From assembly GCA_016287465.1 (NCBI GenBank), contig JAEEWP010000003.1:1-44899 (forward strand): a DNA stretch of 44,899 nucleotides, read 5' to 3'. The stretch's first letter is position 1. The number at the start of each line of letters is the position of its first letter. This DNA is from Bacillales bacterium (GTDB lineage: Bacteria; Bacillota_I; Bacilli_A; RFN20; CAG-826). Positions 9,043-16,824 of this stretch are shown piece after piece. A program made the translations under genes and the position numbers. Under the pieces are notes generated by a model. It was not told where the DNA came from. It saw only the letters and a program-made list of their open reading frames with translations, and made no database searches.

Positions 9043-9935
9043 GTCGTTAAATAGGTATTAGCATTCAAGGCAGCAATCGCTCCATCGTTGCAAGCGGTGG
9101 TGAGCTGCCTTATTTTTTTGACCCTGCAATCACCGGCGGCAAAGATGCCTTCGGTCTTGGTGGCCATATTCTCATCGGTAACGATGAAGCCTTTCTCCAA
9201 ATCAACAACATTGGCGAATCTCTCGTTATCCGGAACCTGTCCGATGGCGACGAAGACGCCATTGATCTCAATCGTCATTGGCTTCTTGTCTAATCTGCCT
9301 TCGAATGAGACGCTTTCGACCTTATCGGTACCGTTGAAGCGGACGGAATTGTAGTTGTGGTAGATCGAGACGTTTGGAAGGGCCTTCAAAGCGGTCACAA
9401 GGATATCGTCGGCGAAGAACTTGTCGAAGAGGGTGACAACGTCAACGTGACGGGAGGTTTTTGCTAGAAGCAAAGCGTACTGGAGTGCGCTATTGGCATC
9501 GCCGATGACCATCGTGTCTTTGCCAGTGTAGAAAGCGCCATCGCAAACAGCGCAATAAGAAACGCCTTTGAGGTTTTCTCCAGGGATGCCAAGATGACGG
9601 TGTTTGACACCGCTAGCAATGATAACAGCTCTACCTTCGTAGTCGCCATATTCGCAATGGGCAACGAAGTTGTCGCCTTTCTTTTCGATGGATTTGACCT
9701 CGTCCATTTCGAACTCAGCACCTAAAGCGGTGATCTGCTCGAAAAGGTTATTGGACCATTCAAGTCCGGAGATCTCTTTGATGGATGGGAAGTTCTCAAC
9801 TCTTGGAGAGTCGGCGATTTGACCGCCGAACGCTTGCCTCTCGATGAGCTTGACGCTTCTGCCAGCTCTAAGCGAATAAAGGGCCGCAGTCATTGCTGCA
9901 GCCCCTCCGCCTATGATTAAGATATCAGGCAGCAT
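9033..9935 (-). CDS. trxB: Thioredoxin-reductase-like flavoprotein
   Basis: IIGGGAAAMTAALY, VENFP, GVSYCAVCDG, GIFAAGDC, IRQLTTA. The start overlaps the nrdD stop. Confidence 0.88.
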   Translation of the reverse strand: MLPDILIIGGGAAAMTAALYSLRAGRSVKLIERQAFGGQIADSPRVENFPSIKEISGLEWSNNLFEQITALGAEFEMDEVKSIEKKGDNFVAHCEYGDYEGRAVIIASGVKHRHLGIPGENLKGVSYCAVCDGAFYTGKDTMVIGDANSALQYALLLAKTSRHVDVVTLFDKFFADDILVTALKALPNVSIYHNYNSVRFNGTDKVESVSFEGRLDKKPMTIEINGVFVAIGQVPDNERFANVVDLEKGFIVTDENMATKTEGIFAAGDCRVKKIRQLTTACNDGAIAALNANTYLTTHS

Positions 9936-12315
9936 TTCCGCCTTTCACCTTCTGGATGTAACCTCTGATGTCGGAAGCGTTCTCGTACGCATCATAGGCC
10001 TCACCATTTGGAACTAAGAGAGTCGGCGCATTGGTGATACCAAAGGCAGTGGTCGTCTCTTTGTTTGAAACAGCGTCAATCTGCTCATATTCGATGCCTT
10101 CTTTATCAAGCATCATCTTCGCCATCTTGCAGTTTGGGCAGGTTGGAGAAGTGAAGAGCATGACTTTGGTCACTTTTGGAGCAGAAGCCTTCTCTTCGTG
10201 CTCGTGGCACTCGCAAGCGCTGTCGTGAGCGTGTGGACGGCTGTTCTCGTTTGGAATGTAGGTCTTACGATCCTTGTATTCCTGGGCTTTGCCATCGTTC
10301 CAGTTCTTAACTGGACGGTAGTAACCGGTGATACGGGACCAGACTTCAGCTTCTTTTCCACAGATTGGGCAGGTGTGGACTTCACCATTGATGTAACCGT
10401 GATCCTGGCAGATCGAATAGGTTGGGGACATGGTGTAGTAAGGAAGCTTGTAGTTCTCAGCGATCTTACGGACGAGCTTCATGCAGCTCTCCCAGTTTGG
10501 AAGACGCTGGCCCAAGAAGGTGTGGAAGACGGTGCCAGAGGTGTAAAGGGTCTGGAATCTGTCTTCGATGTCAAGGGCGGCGAAGATATCGTCGGTATAA
10601 CCGACTGGTAAGTGTGAGCTGTTGGTGTAGTAAGGGGTCTCGCCATTTCCGCCCGCAGTGAGGATGTCTGGATATCTCTCACGGTCATGTTTAGCAAGAC
10701 GGAAGGCGGTGGACTCGGCTGGGGTGGCTTCGAGGTTGTAGAGATCGCCATATCTCTCCTGGTAGTCGGAGAGGCGGGCTCTCATGTGGTTGAGAACCTC
10801 AACGGTGAAGTCCTGAGCAGCCTGAGTGGTGAGGTCGCTTCTGACCCAACGGGCATTGAGGCAAGCTTCGTTCATGCCGACAAGACCGATGGTGGAGAAG
10901 TGGTTCTTGAAAGAGCCAAGGTAATGCTTGGTGTATGGATATAAGCCAGCTTCAAGGAGTTTGGTGATGGTCTTACGCTTGACGCTGAGTGAGCGGGCGG
11001 CGATATCCATCATGCCATCGAGTCTGGCATAGAAGTCTTCCTTGTTGGTGGCAAGATAGGCGATACGTGGCATGTTGATGGTGACAACGCCGACGGAACC
11101 GGTGCTTTCGCCACTTCCGAAGTAACCACCGGATTTCTTTCTGAGCTCACGGAGGTCAAGACGGAGACGGCAGCACATGGAACGGACATCGCTTGGTTTC
11201 ATATCGCTGTTGATGTAGTTGCTGAAGTATGGGGTGCCGTACTTGGCAGTCATTGTGAAGAGGAGACGGTTGTTCTCGGTGTCGGACCAATCGAATTCTC
11301 TGGTGATGGAATAGGTTGGGATTGGATACTGGAATCCACGGCCATTGGCATCGCCTTCGATCATGACTTCGATGAAGGCTTTGTTGATCATATCCATCTC
11401 GGCTTTGCAATCACCATATGTGAAATCCATCTCTTTGCCACCGACGATGGCTGGGAGGTTCTTAAGATCCTCTGGGACGGTCCAGTCGAGGGTGATGTTG
11501 GTGAATGGAGCCTGGGTTCCCCAACGGGATGGGGTGTTGACGCCGAAGATGAAGGACTGGATGCACTGCTTGACCTGCTTGTAGGTAAGGTTGTCAACCT
11601 TAACGAATGGGGCGAGATAAGTATCGAAGGAACTGAATGCCTGAGCTCCCGCCCATTCGTTCTGCATAATGCCAAGGAAGTTGACCATCTGGTTGCAAAG
11701 AGTGCTCAAATGGCCAGCTGGGGTAGAGGTGATTTTGCCTGGGACGCCGCCTAAGCCCTGCTGAATAAGCTGCTTAAGGGACCAACCAGCGCAATAACCG
11801 GTAAGCATGGAAAGGTCGTGGATGTGGATGTCGGCGTTGCGGTGGGCATCACCGATTTCCTTATCATAGACCTGGCTTAACCAGTAGTTGGCGGTAACGG
11901 CGCCGCTGTTCGAAAGGATAAGACCACCGACGGAATAGGTGACGGTGCTGTTCTCCTTAACACGCCAGTCGCTGATCTTGAGATAGTTATCGACGACGGT
12001 GGCGTAGTTGAGCTCGGTCTTCTTGATTTCACGGATATCCGCATGTTTCTTACGGTAGTCCATGTAGCTGTGAGCGACATCGACATAGCCAGCCTGGATC
12101 AAGACGATTTCAACGCTGTCCTGGATGTCTTCGATGTTCACGATGCCATTATCGACCTTCTTATTGAACTCCGCTGTGACACGGAGAGCTAAAAGCTCAA
12201 TGATGTTCTTATCTGCTTCTTTGTGTTCTGCGACGAAGGCTCTCTCAATAGCCTTTTCGATTCTCGATAAATCAAATTCAACGATCGATTCATCTCTTTT
12301 TCTAACTTTCAACAT
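9925..12315 (-). CDS. nrdD: Class III ribonucleoside-triphosphate reductase with N-terminal ATP cone and C-terminal glutaredoxin/NrdH-like domain
   Basis: ATP cone (VRKRD..VEFD), IHIHDL, YCAGWS, RSMCCRL, NLEATPAES, CQDH..CPIC, glycyl motif SRITGYYRPV, then FTSPTCPNC. GAAAGGAG SD before ATG 12315. Confidence 0.95.
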   Translation of the reverse strand: MLKVRKRDESIVEFDLSRIEKAIERAFVAEHKEADKNIIELLALRVTAEFNKKVDNGIVNIEDIQDSVEIVLIQAGYVDVAHSYMDYRKKHADIREIKKTELNYATVVDNYLKISDWRVKENSTVTYSVGGLILSNSGAVTANYWLSQVYDKEIGDAHRNADIHIHDLSMLTGYCAGWSLKQLIQQGLGGVPGKITSTPAGHLSTLCNQMVNFLGIMQNEWAGAQAFSSFDTYLAPFVKVDNLTYKQVKQCIQSFIFGVNTPSRWGTQAPFTNITLDWTVPEDLKNLPAIVGGKEMDFTYGDCKAEMDMINKAFIEVMIEGDANGRGFQYPIPTYSITREFDWSDTENNRLLFTMTAKYGTPYFSNYINSDMKPSDVRSMCCRLRLDLRELRKKSGGYFGSGESTGSVGVVTINMPRIAYLATNKEDFYARLDGMMDIAARSLSVKRKTITKLLEAGLYPYTKHYLGSFKNHFSTIGLVGMNEACLNARWVRSDLTTQAAQDFTVEVLNHMRARLSDYQERYGDLYNLEATPAESTAFRLAKHDRERYPDILTAGGNGETPYYTNSSHLPVGYTDDIFAALDIEDRFQTLYTSGTVFHTFLGQRLPNWESCMKLVRKIAENYKLPYYTMSPTYSICQDHGYINGEVHTCPICGKEAEVWSRITGYYRPVKNWNDGKAQEYKDRKTYIPNENSRPHAHDSACECHEHEEKASAPKVTKVMLFTSPTCPNCKMAKMMLDKEGIEYEQIDAVSNKETTTAFGITNAPTLLVPNGEAYDAYENASDIRGYIQKVKGGNAA

Positions 12316-12426
12316 AACTCTGCTCCTTTCGCTTCGCACAGTAGGGAATAAGGGGCTTTTAAAACGCCACCTTATCGACCCGATTTATGTTCGAGGAGAG
12401 ATTACTCATCTCCCTTGCACCGATAA

Positions 12427-12453
12427 TCATAAATATCGGCATATAAATTGCAA
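12427..12453 (-). promoter_or_regulatory. Putative sigmaA promoter of nrdD
   Basis: TTGCAA-about 16 bp-TATGAT on the minus strand, about 110 bp upstream of the start codon. Confidence 0.5.
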
Positions 12454-12954
12454 TCAAAATGCAACGTATTTTTTGGGAAAATTTTTGAAAACTTTTTCAC
12501 AGAGTTTTCCACAATAAAAAACCTTAGTATTTTTGCCGATTTGACGAACACTGAAATAGTAATTACGAAGTCAATAAGAAAAATCTCAATTTTTGACAGT
12601 GTATCAAATAGTACGAATATATTCGTTAAATAGCCGATTTTGGGGTTTGGAAATCTGAGTTTGGAGGGGAAACCGATCAAAATTTGAAAAATGACTTTTC
12701 GTTTTGATTGACGAACAAAAATGTGGAAAACTTAAAGTCCAAAAAATGCGATGGCAAATGAACATTTTTGAGGTCTGTTTTCGCTATAAATTCGTGTATC
12801 AAAAATCTACTAGTTTTTAGGGTGTTTTAATACACGCCGAAGCAACAATATTTCTTATACGCGCACACAACATATTTTTATATTTGGCATATTCATTTTT
12901 TGGAATGTCGCGCTATCATAAAATCAACAATTGTTTCGGAGGAACAATAAAAAT

Positions 12955-13668
12955 ATGGGAGACAAGAAACCAAAGAAGCCGAATGCTTTTAAGAAATTCT
13001 TTGAAGAGTTTAAGGCATTCATCAACAAAGGCAACGCTTTCATGCTTGCCGTCGGCGTCGTCATCGGCGGCGCGTTCAACGCCATCGTCACCTCACTCGT
13101 CAACATCTTGATGAGCTTAGCGACCTGGGGTGTTCCAGGAGGTCTTAAAGGACTCGTTACCGTCCTTCCAGCCTTAACTGATGCCCAAAAAGGTGCCGCA
13201 TTCCTTCAGAACGGCCAAGTCGTCAACCTTCAGTCCTTCACTATGGCCGAGGTTAACGATCGTGTTATCGAATTCGCTGCTCAGCAGGGTGTTACCGACT
13301 TAACCGTCGAAAGCGATACCTTCATCCAGTGGAAGAATTCGCTCCTCGGCCTTTATGAACAGCACGGCACTACCTTCACCTACAAGATGTCTGCCATCAT
13401 CGATTGGGGCACCTTCATCAATGCCGTAATCGCCTTCATCATCATTGGCTTAACCCTCTTCATCATCGTTAAGATCGTCAACAAGATCGAAGCCAAGAAA
13501 GCCGAAGCCAAAGCTAAGGCCCTTGAGAAATACTACGAGAAGCACCCAGAAGAGAGACCTGTCCCACCGGAGGAAGGAACCCCTGAGCCAACCGAAGCCG
13601 ACCTTCTCAAAGAGATTCTCGGAGAGTTGAAGAAACAAAACGAAGGAAAAGCCAAAAAGGCTGAATAA
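12955..13668 (+). CDS. mscL: Large-conductance mechanosensitive channel with enlarged extracellular loop
   Basis: EEFKAFINKGN, LAVGVVIGGAFNAIVTSLV, WGTFINAVIAFII, LLKEI; GGAGG SD. Confidence 0.92.
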   Translation: MGDKKPKKPNAFKKFFEEFKAFINKGNAFMLAVGVVIGGAFNAIVTSLVNILMSLATWGVPGGLKGLVTVLPALTDAQKGAAFLQNGQVVNLQSFTMAEVNDRVIEFAAQQGVTDLTVESDTFIQWKNSLLGLYEQHGTTFTYKMSAIIDWGTFINAVIAFIIIGLTLFIIVKIVNKIEAKKAEAKAKALEKYYEKHPEERPVPPEEGTPEPTEADLLKEILGELKKQNEGKAKKAE

Positions 13669-13684
13669 TCCGCACAAAAATTAA

Positions 13685-13718
13685 AAAAGAGGCAGCAAAA
13701 CCTGCCTCTTTTCTTTTT
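13685..13718. terminator. Bidirectional terminator
   Basis: AAAAGAGGCAG-caaaac-CTGCCTCTTTT between convergent genes. Confidence 0.85.
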
Positions 13719-13725
13719 CAATGTG

Positions 13726-14610
13726 TTATTTAATGGAGTCCACAATGTGCTTTGCGTAGACGCCAGCGATGTTCTTTCCGGTGATTCTTTCAATCTCCTG
13801 CAAGAAGGCATTTGAGTTGACCTCACAGAGGACTGGATTCCCGTCTTTGTCATCTAAGAGATCGACTCCGCAATAATCCAGCTTAAGGATCTTGGCGGCT
13901 TTCTCGGCGGCCTCTTTAAATAATTCTGGGAGATCTATCAGTTCGCCATGGCCGCCCTGAGCGACATTGCTTCGGAAATCGCCGTTATCGTTGCACCTCT
14001 TCATGGATGCCACGACCTTTCCGTTGATCACGATGATGCGGAAATCATGCCCTTTGCTGCTCTCTATAAACTCTTGGTATAAGTGGGCGCCGAACTTATG
14101 GCTCTTCTCAAATTCTACGAGTTCATCGAAGTTTTTGATTAAATAGACCTCTTTTCCTAAGCTTCCGTAATTGTCTTTTGCCACGATTGGGAAGGATAGT
14201 TCATTGGCCACTTCTTTGATAAAGCCGTCGTCATCGCTTCCGACATAGTTAAGTGGGGCAGAGATGGTCTTTGGCATCTTGATTCCAGCATTAGACAGAG
14301 CGATGTAGGTTAGCATCTTGTTATCGCAAAGCCTGATCGCCTCCGCGCTATCAAAAAGCTTTATGCCGGCCTTCTCGAGCATGTAGGCGACATATTCATC
14401 CTTATCTAAATACAAAACGAAGTCATATTTGGACATTTCTGAAGCCAAAATATCACCGTTTGATCCAATTAAAGCCAAAATTTCGGCGTTGGTTTTGTAG
14501 TCTAACGAAACGCCTAAAGAACCCAGTTCTTCTTTCATTCTTTTGTAGTAGTGAATAGACGCTGGAGTTTGGATATAAGCGTTCAGAATCGCTAAGCCAG
14601 TCTTTAACAT
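13726..14610 (-). CDS. RimK/LysX-family ATP-grasp ligase
   Basis: CDNKMLT, FPIVAK, GSLGKEV, YQEFI, DFRIIV, DFRSNVAQGG, GVDLL, CEVNSN. Confidence 0.88.
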   Translation of the reverse strand: MLKTGLAILNAYIQTPASIHYYKRMKEELGSLGVSLDYKTNAEILALIGSNGDILASEMSKYDFVLYLDKDEYVAYMLEKAGIKLFDSAEAIRLCDNKMLTYIALSNAGIKMPKTISAPLNYVGSDDDGFIKEVANELSFPIVAKDNYGSLGKEVYLIKNFDELVEFEKSHKFGAHLYQEFIESSKGHDFRIIVINGKVVASMKRCNDNGDFRSNVAQGGHGELIDLPELFKEAAEKAAKILKLDYCGVDLLDDKDGNPVLCEVNSNAFLQEIERITGKNIAGVYAKHIVDSIK

Positions 14611-14659
14611 CTCAACAATTTTATGATAACTAGCAAAATCTTCAATACATTACGAAAAA

Positions 14660-14675
14660 TGACAGTATAATGTCA
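14660..14675 (+). promoter_or_regulatory. Palindrome overlapping the nadE -10 box
   Basis: TGACA-gTATAa-TGTCA encloses TATAAT at 14666-14671. Confidence 0.65.
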
Positions 14676-14689
14676 AAGAGGTAATTATT

Positions 14690-16792
14690 ATGAATGACAT
14701 TAAACCAATCACATTACTACGAAATACGGATAAGTTAAGGAAGGAATTAGAGGAGAACGAAGGTAGGATTATTATCACCAAAAATGGCCAAAAAGACTTC
14801 GTTATCCTAACTGACGAGGCTCACCAGAAACTCTTGAATGAAGGGGGATCTACTAAAGAAAAGTCAAGATTTGCAAGGATTTCTGGCAAAAATGAGCTTA
14901 GTGACCCGCTTGGTTATGTTAAGGTTGCAGCTCAATCGATCAATGTAGAGATTGCTGGAATCACCCACAACAAAGAAGAAATAATCAAGGCTGTTAGCGA
15001 GGCAAACAGTGAAGGTGTCAAAATTCTTGTTTTGCCAGAATTATGTCTTACTTCTGCCACTTTAGGTGATTTGATATTCAGCAAAACAATCGAAGAATTG
15101 GTTGAGAAAGCCCTTGTTGAGCTTAAAGAAATCTCAAAAGATAATGACCTTCTATTCACCGTTGGCGCTCCAATCAAAACCAATGGAAAACTTTATAGTT
15201 GCGGTGTCGTTTATTATGGCGGAGAGATCCTTGGTATCGTTCCAAAAGCCTATCCATCTGACAATAGATATTTCTCTGAGGGACCGAAAGAGGGTTACAT
15301 CAATCTTCTTGGAGAAAAGATCCCATTTGGAACCAATTTGATCTTCGTTGACTCTAATTACCCAAAACTCAGAATCGCTGTTGAGCTTTCTGAAGACATC
15401 TCCAACATTGAGGTCCCTTCCGCGAAAGCGTCACAGGCAGGCGCGAATGTCATTCTTAATTTATGTGCCACGCCTACACTTATTGGCTCGGCCGAATACA
15501 CGACAAGCCTTTTGAAGACGGCTTCAGACAAAATGACTGCCGCCTACATCCTTGCCAACGCTGGTGATGGCGAAAGCACCACCGACATGATCTTCGGCGG
15601 CCACAACATCATCACCGAGAACGGAAAAATTCTTTGTGAGTCAGCCCCATTTAAGATGGAAAAGGCCGTTTCTGAAATCGACATTGAACTTCTTGAGGCC
15701 GAAAGAAACAGAAACCATTCATTCAAAGCCAAATACGAAAACGATTATCAAACGATCTTCTTCTCGATGCCTTTGGAAACTCCTAAAGCGTTGACCCGTC
15801 ATTACGCGAAAAATCCTTTCATCCCAGAAACCAAAGAAACTGACCTCGAAAGAGTAAATCTCATTCTCACCATGCAAAGCATGGCCCTTGTGAAAAGACT
15901 CAAAACCGTCCATCAGAAGAAAGTGGTCTTAGGTTTGTCTGGCGGTCTTGATTCAACTCTTGCGCTTCTCGTTTCCGTAGAAGCCTTCAAAAAACTTGGT
16001 TATGACCTGAAAGACATCATCGCCATCACTCTTCCGTCATTCGGAACAAGTAAGAAAACGCATAACAACGCAGTCCTTCTTTCAGAATCACTTGGCGTCT
16101 CCTTCCGCGAAATCAACATCGGAGAGTCGGTGCGTTTACATTTCAAGGACGTTGGGCACGATGAACAAAACCACAATGTCGCCTATGAGAACGCCCAAGC
16201 TCGCGAGAGGACCCAAGTATTGATGGATCTTGCTAACGATGAGGATGCTTTGATGGTCGGCACCGGCGACTTAAGCGAAGCTGCTCTTGGCTGGTGCACC
16301 TATAATGGTGACCATATGTCCTTCTATGACCTCAACATCTCCGTTCCAAAGACTTTGGTTAGATATGTTGTTGAGGGATATGCGATCATGCATCCAGAAG
16401 CGAAGACTGCTTTGCTTGGTATCATCGACACACCAATCAGCCCAGAGCTCTTGCCACCTTCCAGTAAAGGAGAGATCGTCCAGAAGTCCGAAGATAAAGT
16501 TGGGCCATACGAACTCCAGGATTTCTTCATTTTCCATTATCTCCGTTATGGATTCTCACCGAAGAAGCTCTATTTCCTTGCGCAGCAAGCCTTCAACTAT
16601 AAGTACGACAACGAGACTTTGAAGAAATGGTTAGGAACCTTCTTCAAGCGTTTCTTCCAGAGCCAATTCAAGAGAAACTGCACTCCTGATGGCATAAAAA
16701 TCGGCACCGTTGGTCTCTCACCTAGAGGTGACCTTGTGATGCCAAGTGATGCAATTTGTGAGGATTATCTTAAAGAAATCGAATCACTCTAG
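14690..16792 (+). CDS. nadE: NAD+ synthetase (glutaminase plus synthetase architecture) with N-terminal Phd/YefM-like domain
   Basis: Nitrilase-like domain (VLPEL, GIVPK) and synthetase motifs SGGLDST, ENAQARER, GTGDLSE, GWCTYNGD, ISPELLP, QFKR. About 70 extra N-terminal residues. Confidence 0.95.
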   Translation: MNDIKPITLLRNTDKLRKELEENEGRIIITKNGQKDFVILTDEAHQKLLNEGGSTKEKSRFARISGKNELSDPLGYVKVAAQSINVEIAGITHNKEEIIKAVSEANSEGVKILVLPELCLTSATLGDLIFSKTIEELVEKALVELKEISKDNDLLFTVGAPIKTNGKLYSCGVVYYGGEILGIVPKAYPSDNRYFSEGPKEGYINLLGEKIPFGTNLIFVDSNYPKLRIAVELSEDISNIEVPSAKASQAGANVILNLCATPTLIGSAEYTTSLLKTASDKMTAAYILANAGDGESTTDMIFGGHNIITENGKILCESAPFKMEKAVSEIDIELLEAERNRNHSFKAKYENDYQTIFFSMPLETPKALTRHYAKNPFIPETKETDLERVNLILTMQSMALVKRLKTVHQKKVVLGLSGGLDSTLALLVSVEAFKKLGYDLKDIIAITLPSFGTSKKTHNNAVLLSESLGVSFREINIGESVRLHFKDVGHDEQNHNVAYENAQARERTQVLMDLANDEDALMVGTGDLSEAALGWCTYNGDHMSFYDLNISVPKTLVRYVVEGYAIMHPEAKTALLGIIDTPISPELLPPSSKGEIVQKSEDKVGPYELQDFFIFHYLRYGFSPKKLYFLAQQAFNYKYDNETLKKWLGTFFKRFFQSQFKRNCTPDGIKIGTVGLSPRGDLVMPSDAICEDYLKEIESL

Positions 16793-16824
16793 TATCCTAA
16801 ATATAAAGGAATGGTATTTTAGCC

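Noticed and set aside
12320-12425. Cobalamin riboswitch upstream of nrdD
   Set aside because: CGGTGCAA and CCCTACTGT fragments are present, but the order, the GGGAA element and the B12 box do not fit.
12402-12680. ORFs in the nrdD-mscL spacer
   Set aside because: AT-rich, no SD and no protein-like features.
12843-12885. Tandem NrdR-box-like ACAATATTTC / ACAACATATT
   Set aside because: They lack the conserved G half-site and lie more than 500 bp from nrdD, next to the mscL promoter region.
12316-12954. Possible replication origin
   Set aside because: Only three imperfect DnaA boxes and no dnaA or dnaN nearby.
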